DNA of 64,000 bases from an uncultured Sutterella sp. Its GTDB lineage: Bacteria; Pseudomonadota; Gammaproteobacteria; Burkholderiales; Burkholderiaceae_F. The stretch spans positions 5,801 through 69,800 of the forward strand of contig CAAECY010000078.1 in the NCBI GenBank assembly GCA_900754475.1, written 5' to 3'. The position numbers were made by a program, and so were the translations under genes. The notes beneath the pieces are model-generated. The model was given only the letters and a program-made list of their open reading frames with translations, had not been told where the DNA came from and searched no databases. Below, one piece after another: positions 1-7,774 of the stretch (its first letter is position 1; each line of letters opens with the position of its first letter).

Positions 1-783
1 GGCGGTGCCGTCCAACTTCGTGATGATGAGCCCGGTGAGCGTCACCGCCTTGTCGAAGGCTTCGACCTGCATGAGGGCGTTCTGCCCGTTCGTGCCGTCG
101 ACGACCAGAATCGATTCGTGGGGCGCCCCTTCCATGGCCTTTTCCTGGGAGCGGCGGATGCGGCGCAGCTCTTCCATCAGATTGATCTGCGTGGGAAGAC
201 GCCCCGCCGTGTCGGCGATGACGATGTCGATGCCGCGCGCACGGGCCGCGTTGACGGCGTCGAAGACGACCGCGGCGGGGTCGCCGCCGCTTTGCGAAAT
301 GACTTCGATGCGGTTGCGTTCGCCCCAGACGGCCAACTGTTCGCGGGCCGCGGCACGGAAGGTGTCGCCCGCGGCGAGAAGCACGGACTTGCCGTTTTCG
401 GCGAAGCGCTTGGCGAGCTTGCCGATCGAGGTGGTTTTGCCGGCACCGTTGACGCCCGTCATCATGATGACGAGCGGCTTGGCCTGCTCCAGGTCGAGCG
501 TCCCTTCGGCGGGCAGAAGCAGGGCGTGAAGTTCGTCGCGCAGCGCGAGGCGCACTTCGTCCTGGGTTTTGAGACCGCGCAACTTAATGGCGTCTCGCAA
601 ACGTTGTAGGATACGGGTGGAAGTTTGCACGCCGACATCGGCCGTAATCAAGGCATATTCAAGCTCTTCGAGGAAGTCCTCGTCGACCACGCCGCCCGAA
701 AAGAGGCCGACGATGTTGACGCGTGTGCGGGCGAGTCCGTTCTTAAGACGGGAGAGCCACCCTTCGGAAGATCCAAATCCCAT
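1..783 (-). CDS. ftsY: Signal recognition particle receptor FtsY (3' end runs off the window)
   Basis: Not in the ORF track. Hand translation from ATG at 783 gives MGFGSSEGWLSRLKNGLARTR...ITADVG, then GVNGAGKTT, DTAGR, and TKLDGTA at the window edge (SRP GTPase motifs). Confidence 0.95.
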   Translation of the reverse strand, partial: MGFGSSEGWLSRLKNGLARTRVNIVGLFSGGVVDEDFLEELEYALITADVGVQTSTRILQRLRDAIKLRGLKTQDEVRLALRDELHALLLPAEGTLDLEQAKPLVIMMTGVNGAGKTTSIGKLAKRFAENGKSVLLAAGDTFRAAAREQLAVWGERNRIEVISQSGGDPAAVVFDAVNAARARGIDIVIADTAGRLPTQINLMEELRRIRRSQEKAMEGAPHESILVVDGTNGQNALMQVEAFDKAVTLTGLIITKLDGTA

Positions 784-805
784 ACCAGTCCGTTTGTTGA
801 TATCA

Positions 806-1537
806 ATGGCAATTCGCAAAAAAGGCGCGGGCACCCCTCGGGGTGCGGGCCTCACAAGTTTAACAACCTCTCGGAATCCTAGGGGAGCGGGCGTTGTGCG
901 CATCGTCGGCGGCGATTGGCGCCGCACGCCCGTGGCCGTGATGTCGCACGAAGGGCTTCGTCCGACATCGGAACGCGTTCGCGAAACGGTGTTCGATTGG
1001 ATGACGCATCTCGTCGGGTCGCTTGTCGGGCAGCGCGTGCTCGACCTCTTTGCGGGGTCGGGCGCGCTGGGTCTGGAGGCTGCGAGCCGCGGGGCGCGCG
1101 AGGTGGACTGGGTCGAACGGGATCGGGCGGCCGCAGCGGGTCTGCGCGCGACGCTCGAGCGCTTGAAGGCGGGTCCGGAACGGCGCGTTCATACGGCGGA
1201 CGCTTTTCTCTTTTTGCAGTCGGCGGGCACCTACGACCTGGTGTTCGTCGATCCGCCCTTCGCGCGCGAACTTCAGGAGTCCGCCGTTCGCGACGTGCTC
1301 GGGCACTTGGCGCCCGAAGGATTGATTTACGTGGAGAGCCCCTCGGAGGTGCTGCCTTCGGAGGTGCTCGAGCGCCTCGGGCTCGTGCGCGTTCGTTCGG
1401 GGTCGGCGGGCGCCGTGGCCTTCGAGCTTCTTGCGCGGGCGGGAAGCTGTACGGCGTCGCTTGCGAAACTCACGAAAGAAGAAAAGCGCGCGCTTCGCAA
1501 AGCCAAAGCGGCGCCGAGCGGGGAGAAAGACGCATGA
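806..1537 (+). CDS. rsmD: 16S rRNA m2G966 methyltransferase
   Basis: [36 protein letters not shown] and DPPF motifs; ftsY/rsmD/coaD arrangement. Start taken at ATG 806. Confidence 0.92.
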   Translation: MAIRKKGAGTPRGAGLTSLTTSRNPRGAGVVRIVGGDWRRTPVAVMSHEGLRPTSERVRETVFDWMTHLVGSLVGQRVLDLFAGSGALGLEAASRGAREVDWVERDRAAAAGLRATLERLKAGPERRVHTADAFLFLQSAGTYDLVFVDPPFARELQESAVRDVLGHLAPEGLIYVESPSEVLPSEVLERLGLVRVRSGSAGAVAFELLARAGSCTASLAKLTKEEKRALRKAKAAPSGEKDA

Positions 1538-2016
1538 TCAAGGCGGTCTATCCTGGGACGTTCGACCCCATGACGAACGGTCACGTCGACATCGTTCGCC
1601 GTGCGGCCCGCATTTTCGACGGCGTGATCGTCGCCGTGGCGGCGAGTACGGGCAAGCACCCGATGCTCACCCTGGAGGAGCGCCTGCAGGTTGCCCGCAC
1701 GGTGTGCTCCGACTTCCCGAACGTGGAGGTATGCGCTTTCGAAGGACTCTTGAAGAACTTCGTCCTCCAAAGCGGCGCGCGCGTCATCGTGCGCGGCGCG
1801 CGGGCGGTGAGCGACTTCGAGTACGAATTTCAGATGGCGGGCATGAACCGTCAGTTGATGCCCGACGTGGAGACGGTGTTTCTGATGCCCTCCGACCGGC
1901 ACCAGTTCGTTTCGGGTACGTTCGTACGCGAGATCGCCCGACTCGGGGGCGAGGATGCGGCGAAATTCGTCGATCCGCGCATCTGGCCGATTCTCAAAGC
2001 GGCCGCCCTTCGATAA
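1534..2016 (+). CDS. coaD: Phosphopantetheine adenylyltransferase
   Basis: [17 protein letters not shown] and [20 protein letters not shown] overlap with the rsmD stop. Confidence 0.97.
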   Translation: MIKAVYPGTFDPMTNGHVDIVRRAARIFDGVIVAVAASTGKHPMLTLEERLQVARTVCSDFPNVEVCAFEGLLKNFVLQSGARVIVRGARAVSDFEYEFQMAGMNRQLMPDVETVFLMPSDRHQFVSGTFVREIARLGGEDAAKFVDPRIWPILKAAALR

Positions 2017-2024
2017 GACGCCAC

Positions 2025-2055
2025 GAAAAACGGACGCCCGAGAGCGTCCGTTTTC
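2025..2055. terminator. Bidirectional intrinsic terminator
   Basis: AAAACGGACGC...GCGTCCGTTTT inverted repeat between convergent coaD and the asmA-like gene. Confidence 0.75.
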
Positions 2056-2067
2056 ATGTCCGACACC

Positions 2068-4095
2068 TCAGAGGGTGTCCTCCGCGGGCTTGTCCCACGG
2101 CATTTCGGGCAGCGACCAGTCCGGCCACTCGATGCCGTTCCAGAAGTCGCGCACCGACCGCTCGACGTTGCGCTTCAGGTGCTCGAACGAGAAGGGCACG
2201 TCGCCCGTTTCGCCGCGCACGCGCTCAAGCGCGTTCGTCCAGTCGAGCGACCAGCGCGCGGAGCCGTTCGGCTCCACGGTGACGTCGGCCGCCATCGGAA
2301 GGGGCGAGAGCTTCGCGTCGGCATCGAACAGGAAGTCGGCGTGAAGCGATGCGGGCAGAGCCGTGCCGTCGCCCGAGAAGCGCCCTTCGAGCCCCGGGGC
2401 CCGCATGTGCGCGGCAACCCGCAACGTGCCGTCCGCTTCGCGAACGAGGCGCCAGGTGAGTTCGTCGAAGGGCGTGCGCGCTTGGCCGAGCACTTCGCCC
2501 GGGACGGCTTCGGGCTGATCTTCGAGGAGAATCGCGCGGGCCTTCGGGAGGTCGACGCCGCCGAGGGCGCCCCGGATCACCCGGCCTTCGGCGGCAAGTC
2601 GGGAGAGGCCCTCTTTGAGGTTCCCCGCGGCGGAGAGTTCCCCGTGAAGACGACCCGTGACGAGCGGAGTGCCCTCGGCGGGAAAGCCCAGTTCCGCATT
2701 GGCATCGCGCACGCGTGCGGCGAGGTCCCAGGTGCCGTCCGTATCGAGTCGGGCCGCAAGGTCGAGGGCGCCGCCCAACCATTCGCCCCGAGCGGGACCG
2801 ACGGAAAGAGCGCCGTCTGCAAGGAGCAGATTCCCCGTGAGCCCCTTCGGGAAGCCCTTGAGGGCGCCTTCGGAGAGGCGGAACGTGCCTTCGTAACGCA
2901 CGTCGGCGAGAAGCTCGGGCACCCAGCGAACGCGCTCGAGGAGAGCCGCGGGAATCTTCCCGAGGGTCAGGTCGCCCGTGACGGCAAGGGCCGGAACGTG
3001 CGCGTCGGCGGAATTCGAGGCGACGAGAAGCGCCCCTTGGAACGTGACGGGCATGCCGAGGAAAAGACCCGCCGCGCTCACGTGATCGGCCTCAACCGAA
3101 CCCGAGAGTCTCCCTTCGAGCGGGGCGCTTTCGGCGCTCGGCGGCACGAGTCGGCTTGCGAGCGTGAAGCGCTCCGTGAGGAGTCGCCCGTCCGCCTGCT
3201 TTTCGAGGGCGGGCGCTTCGAGCTGCAGGGTGAGAGCGCCTTCGCGGCGTTCGAGGTCGACCTTCGCCGAGAACGTGCGGGCGACGTACGTCGCGCGCCC
3301 CGGGAGCACGAGGCTCTCGGCGGAGGCGCTCACATGTTTGATCGTTTCGGTTTCGGCTTCCAGGCGGGGCGCCGCAAAGGTCGCGCCCTCGGGGCGAAGG
3401 AGCGCCCGGGCGGCCCAAACCGTCCCTTTCGTCTGGCGCTTTTCGATGAGGCCGTCGAAGGACGCGCGGGGACTTTCAACGGAAAGCGTGCGCAGGCCCT
3501 GCGACCAATCGAGCGCCCCCTCGAGCGTCACCGCCCCTTGGGCGGGGTTCGAAGCGAGCGTTCCCGAGAGACTGCCGCGCGCGCCCGCTTCGGAGGCGTC
3601 CACCAGAACGCCCGAGAGGTCCGTGATGAGGGCGGGAGCGCCGTCGGCGTCCGCAAAACCGATGCGGCCCGCGTTGAGGCGGACTTCGTCGATATTCCAT
3701 TCGGGCGCGCCGCCTTCGGACGGACGGGACGCGTCGGCGAGAGCGCCGAGCTCCGTGACGAACCCCTCGATCGTGAGGCGCCGCACGCGGGGCGAGGGCG
3801 TGAAGACGGCGAAGGGGTTGAGTTCGAGCACGGCCGAATCCCAACGGGCGACGAGGGCGGCCGAGTCGGTGCGGACGATTTCGGCGGCGGGCAACGTCAC
3901 GCGAAAATCGGGAAGCGGGTGCACGGACGGGGGCGCCGAGAGGCGCAGCGAGAGCCCGAGATTTTCCTCGAGCGCGAGCGTAAGGCGGTTTTGAACGCGT
4001 TCGGGCGTCACGAGTCCGTAGAGCGCCCCGACAAGCACGAGAGCGATGACGCCGACGAAGGCGACGACGGTAAGGACGACGCGAAGAATTCTCAT
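2068..4095 (-). CDS. AsmA-family (bridge-like) envelope protein
   Basis: N-terminal TM anchor (MRILRVVLTVVAFVGVIALVLVG), beta-rich body, C-terminal GxLxGVDL and TPFDEL motifs typical of AsmA. Start chosen at ATG 4095. Confidence 0.7.
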   Translation of the reverse strand: MRILRVVLTVVAFVGVIALVLVGALYGLVTPERVQNRLTLALEENLGLSLRLSAPPSVHPLPDFRVTLPAAEIVRTDSAALVARWDSAVLELNPFAVFTPSPRVRRLTIEGFVTELGALADASRPSEGGAPEWNIDEVRLNAGRIGFADADGAPALITDLSGVLVDASEAGARGSLSGTLASNPAQGAVTLEGALDWSQGLRTLSVESPRASFDGLIEKRQTKGTVWAARALLRPEGATFAAPRLEAETETIKHVSASAESLVLPGRATYVARTFSAKVDLERREGALTLQLEAPALEKQADGRLLTERFTLASRLVPPSAESAPLEGRLSGSVEADHVSAAGLFLGMPVTFQGALLVASNSADAHVPALAVTGDLTLGKIPAALLERVRWVPELLADVRYEGTFRLSEGALKGFPKGLTGNLLLADGALSVGPARGEWLGGALDLAARLDTDGTWDLAARVRDANAELGFPAEGTPLVTGRLHGELSAAGNLKEGLSRLAAEGRVIRGALGGVDLPKARAILLEDQPEAVPGEVLGQARTPFDELTWRLVREADGTLRVAAHMRAPGLEGRFSGDGTALPASLHADFLFDADAKLSPLPMAADVTVEPNGSARWSLDWTNALERVRGETGDVPFSFEHLKRNVERSVRDFWNGIEWPDWSLPEMPWDKPAEDTL

Positions 4096-4231
4096 GAAAG
4101 AGCTCCGGACGGCAGAGGTGAACGAATCCCGCGTAGTCTGCCACAAGTCTTCGGAGCGGGCGGGATTTCGACCGTGCTTTGCGAAGGCGTCGGGCAACGT
4201 TCGGGCGTGCGAACGGGCGGCGCCGAAATGC

Positions 4232-4257
4232 AAAAACCCCGCCGGGAGGCGGGGTTT
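4232..4257 (-). terminator. Intrinsic terminator of ahpC
   Basis: AAACCCCGCC/GGCGGGGTTT stem with a U-run on the minus strand just after the ahpC stop. Confidence 0.75.
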
Positions 4258-4278
4258 CGCATCATCCGATCACGAGAA

Positions 4279-4842
4279 TCAGATCTTGCCGACGAGCTCG
4301 GTCGAGGGCTTCAGGGTCTTTTCGCCCGGACGCCACTTGGCGGGGCAGACCTGGTCGGGGTTGGCGGCCACGTACTGGGCGGCCTGAACCTTGCGCAGGA
4401 GTTCGGAGGCGTCACGGCCGATGCCGCCGTCGTGGTGTTCCATGATGACGATCTTGCCTTCGGGGTTGATCACGAACGTGCCGCGTTCGGCGAGGCCGTC
4501 CTTTTCGATCAGAACCTGGAAGTTGCGGGAGATCTGCTGCGTGGCGTCGCCGAGCATCGGGAACTTCACCTTGCCGACGGCCTTGGAGGATTCGTGCCAG
4601 GCCATGTGGGTGAAGTGGGTGTCGGTCGAGACCGCGTAGATTTCAACGCCGAGCTTCTTGAACTCTTCGTAGTGATCGGCCAGGTCTTCGAGTTCGGTCG
4701 GGCAGACGAACGTGAAGTCGGCGGGGTAGAAGAAGACGACGGACCAGTGGCCCTTGAGGTCGGCGTCGGTAACCTTGATGAAGCCGCCGTTGCAGAAGGC
4801 TTCGGTCGAGAACGGGAGGATTTCGGTGGTGAGCAGAGACAT
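4279..4842 (-). CDS. ahpC: Alkyl hydroperoxide reductase C (2-Cys peroxiredoxin)
   Basis: FFYPADFTFVCPTE and VCPAKW motifs. Confidence 0.97.
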   Translation of the reverse strand: MSLLTTEILPFSTEAFCNGGFIKVTDADLKGHWSVVFFYPADFTFVCPTELEDLADHYEEFKKLGVEIYAVSTDTHFTHMAWHESSKAVGKVKFPMLGDATQQISRNFQVLIEKDGLAERGTFVINPEGKIVIMEHHDGGIGRDASELLRKVQAAQYVAANPDQVCPAKWRPGEKTLKPSTELVGKI

Positions 4843-4890
4843 CGTGAACTCCTTGCCTCTCAGCGAGGCGTCTCAAAAAACAGTGAAGCC

Positions 4891-4967
4891 ATATTAGCAC
4901 GAAGATTATTGACTTTGTGAAATCCTAAGTAAAAAACTATTGCATGGACGCAATAGAAAATGCCTTT
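4891..4967 (-). promoter_or_regulatory. ahpC promoter (extended -10 TGcTAATAT) with candidate OxyR-type site
   Basis: Extended -10 at 4899-4891 on the minus strand; TAAG-N7-CTAT (4926-4940) and ATAG-N7-CTTT (4953-4967) upstream. Confidence 0.5.
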
Positions 4968-4984
4968 CGGCAGGACGGGTGTCG

Positions 4985-5353
4985 TCAGCGGAAACGGTCC
5001 TTGATCTTGCGGCGCAGGTTCGGCGCAAGTCGTTCGAGCGCGTCGAGCGTGGTGAAGATGGAGGTGCGACCGCGGTGCGAGAGCTCGCGAAAGCGCGCGA
5101 GCAGTTCGCTCTCTTCGGCCACGGCGAGGTGACGCTCGGCGGTGAGGATGTAGAGAATGTCGAAACCGCAGGCGACCAGACGCGGCATGCGGTAGATGCC
5201 CGGATCGGCTTCGCCCGCCTCGATGCCGACATAGACGTCGAGCGGAACCCCGAGGAGTTGAGCGATTTGACGTTCGGAATAGCCGAGTCGACGACGCTCC
5301 TCGGCAAGGCGCGCGCCGATGCTCTGACGTTGCTTGGCGAGAGTGGTGGTCAT
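4985..5353 (-). CDS. XRE/Cro-CI family helix-turn-helix regulator
   Basis: IGARLAEERRRLGYSERQIAQLLGV...GFDILYILT pattern. Confidence 0.8.
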   Translation of the reverse strand: MTTTLAKQRQSIGARLAEERRRLGYSERQIAQLLGVPLDVYVGIEAGEADPGIYRMPRLVACGFDILYILTAERHLAVAEESELLARFRELSHRGRTSIFTTLDALERLAPNLRRKIKDRFR

Positions 5354-5393
5354 GAGGAGGCGGGTCGCCCGCGAGCGGGCGACCCGAAAGAGA

Positions 5394-6488
5394 TCAGACG
5401 TTGAAGAGGAAGTTCATGACGTCGCCGTCCTGAACGATGTAGTCCTTGCCTTCCGCGCGCATCTTGCCCGCTTCCTGAGCGCCCTTTTCGCCCTTGAACG
5501 CGATGAAGTCGTCGAAGGCGATCGTCTGGGCGCGGATGAAGCCGCGTTCGAAGTCGGTGTGGATGACGCCGGCGGCCTGGGGCGCCGTGTCGCCCTTGTG
5601 AATCGTCCAGGCGCGCACTTCCTTCACGCCCGCCGTGAAGTAGGTCTGAAGGCCGAGGAGGTCGTAGCCCGCGCGGATCACGCGATCGAGCCCCGGCTCG
5701 GTCATGCCCATGTCTTCGAGGAACATCTGCTTGTCCTCTTCGTCGAGGTCGGCGATGTCGGCTTCGGTCTTCGCGCAAACCGCGACGACCGGGGCGTGCT
5801 CTTCGGCGGCGTAGGCGCGCACGGCGTCGAGGAGCGGATTGTTCTCAAAGCCGTGATCTTCGACGTTCGCCACGTACATGGCGGGCTTGGCGGTGAGGAG
5901 GAAGAGCGGACGGATGACGGCCAACTCTTCGGGGGAAAGCTTCACCGTACGGACGGCCTTGCCTTCGTTCAACACCGGCTGGATCTTTTCGAGAACGAGC
6001 ACGAGCTTGAGGGCTTCCTTGTCGCCGCCCGAGCGGGCCTGCTTCGAGTAGCGGTTCAGGGCCTTTTCGACGGTCGCGAGGTCGGCGAGCGCGAGCTCGG
6101 TGTTGATCACGTTGATGTCGTCGATGGGGTCGACCTTGCCCGAGACGTGCACGATGTTGTCGTCGTTGAAGCAACGCACGATGTGGGCGATGGCGTCGCA
6201 TTCGCGGATGTTCGCGAGGAACTGGTTGCCGAGGCCTTCGCCCTTGCTCGCGCCCGCGACGAGACCGGCGATGTCGACGAATTCGACGGCGGCCGGAACG
6301 ATGCGTTCGGGCTTCACGATTTCAGCGAGTGCCTTGAGACGGGGATCGGGCACTTCCACGATGCCGACGTTCGGTTCGATCGTGCAGAAGGGATAGTTTT
6401 CCGCAGCGATGCCCGCCTTGGTGAGAGCGTTGAAGATGGTCGACTTGCCGACGTTGGGCAGGCCGACGATGCCGCATTTGAGACCCAT
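5394..6488 (-). CDS. ychF: Ribosome-binding ATPase YchF
   Basis: [28 protein letters not shown] and C-terminal TGS domain. Confidence 0.98.
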   Translation of the reverse strand: MGLKCGIVGLPNVGKSTIFNALTKAGIAAENYPFCTIEPNVGIVEVPDPRLKALAEIVKPERIVPAAVEFVDIAGLVAGASKGEGLGNQFLANIRECDAIAHIVRCFNDDNIVHVSGKVDPIDDINVINTELALADLATVEKALNRYSKQARSGGDKEALKLVLVLEKIQPVLNEGKAVRTVKLSPEELAVIRPLFLLTAKPAMYVANVEDHGFENNPLLDAVRAYAAEEHAPVVAVCAKTEADIADLDEEDKQMFLEDMGMTEPGLDRVIRAGYDLLGLQTYFTAGVKEVRAWTIHKGDTAPQAAGVIHTDFERGFIRAQTIAFDDFIAFKGEKGAQEAGKMRAEGKDYIVQDGDVMNFLFNV

Positions 6489-6592
6489 GGTGTACTTCTC
6501 TTTTTTGAAATGTCGAAGGGATGCCGTCCGCCGTCGATGGGGTCGGTCGGCATCCGTGCACTGGTGTGCGAATTATAAAAAATCGGGGCCGC

Positions 6593-7738
6593 TCAGGATT
6601 CCGAGCGCTTCGCGGGAATGCGATCGAGATCGTCCTCGGAGAAAAGGACGTAGCCGTTTTTCGCGAGGAGCGCGGCCGCCACGCCCTGTCCGGGGACGAG
6701 CGTGCGCGTGTGCGAACCGTCGTAAATGCCCGAGGGGCTGCACGCGGGACTGCGCGCTTTGAGAAGCGCGAAAGGCGCGTTCGCGGCCTTGGCGGTTTTG
6801 AGCGCCTTGCGGGCGCCGCGCAGATACTGCGCCGTCACGTCCGTACCGGTGCGGTCGACCACTTCCCCTTCGTGCGCGAGCACGGCGTGGCCGTCCGAGC
6901 CCGGCGCCATGATTTCGGCGGGTTCGCGCGGGCAGGGAAGACCCCCTTCCATCTCGGGACAGATCGTCACGATGTCGTCCTTGGTCCAGCCCTTGGCTTC
7001 GAGCTTTTCAAGGATCGAGGGGCGCGACTCGCCGTCGTAGCGGCAGGTGTAGCCGAGCAGGCACCGGGAGACGACGATGCGGTCGCCCTTCGTCTTCGGT
7101 TCGCTCGTCCCGGACGGAGTCCGCGCGGCCTTTTGCTTTTCCTTCTGGCCCGAGAAGGGGGCGAGCGTCCGCACCGCTTTCTCGATCGAACCCGCGACGA
7201 TGTCGCGGATCGTGTCGAGTGCGGCCTCGAGGCAGCGGGCGATTTTCTCGCGGTGTTCGGCCGAAGGAGCCGCCAGAACGAAGACGGCGACTTCCTGAGC
7301 GAGGCCGAGCTTCTTCGGGTGGCCGATCCCGAGGCGCAGGCGCCAGAAGTCGGGCGTCGAGAGCTGAGCGCTGATGTCCTTCAGGCCGTTGTGGCCGGCG
7401 TTGCCGCCGCCGAGCTTGAGGCGCATGAGACCGGGCTCCAGGTCCATTTCGTCGTGAACGACGAGGATTTCGTCCGGAAGGATCTTGTAGTAAAGCGCAA
7501 GGGCGACGACCGACCGGCCCGAAGCGTTCATGTAGGTGGAGGGCTTGAGAAGCCACACCTCGCGACCGTCGAGACTCAGGCGACCGACTTCGCCCTGGAA
7601 CTTGCGATCTTCGCTCATGCGCACGCCGAACTTGGCGGCGAGCGCGTCGACGAAGTGAAAGCCCGCGTTGTGGCGGGTATCGGCATATTCGGCACCCGGA
7701 TTGCCGAGACCGACGATGAGTCGGATGGGTTTGCTCAT
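6593..7738 (-). CDS. pth: Peptidyl-tRNA hydrolase fused to a C-terminal DUF523/TudS-like domain
   Basis: aa 1-~195 Pth ([37 protein letters not shown]). aa ~221-381 DUF523 ([38 protein letters not shown]...GQGVAAALL). Confidence 0.93.
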   Translation of the reverse strand: MSKPIRLIVGLGNPGAEYADTRHNAGFHFVDALAAKFGVRMSEDRKFQGEVGRLSLDGREVWLLKPSTYMNASGRSVVALALYYKILPDEILVVHDEMDLEPGLMRLKLGGGNAGHNGLKDISAQLSTPDFWRLRLGIGHPKKLGLAQEVAVFVLAAPSAEHREKIARCLEAALDTIRDIVAGSIEKAVRTLAPFSGQKEKQKAARTPSGTSEPKTKGDRIVVSRCLLGYTCRYDGESRPSILEKLEAKGWTKDDIVTICPEMEGGLPCPREPAEIMAPGSDGHAVLAHEGEVVDRTGTDVTAQYLRGARKALKTAKAANAPFALLKARSPACSPSGIYDGSHTRTLVPGQGVAAALLAKNGYVLFSEDDLDRIPAKRSES

Positions 7739-7774
7739 GATGGAGAGTGCTCAGCTCGGAGATGACGGAAAAGC

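Noticed and set aside
2056..4920. Long opposite-strand or alternate-frame ORFs (e.g. 2056-4920, 8147-10519, 27449-29935, 39370-41688, 48435-51167)
   Set aside because: Shadow ORFs of well-supported genes in GC-rich DNA; no recognisable motifs.
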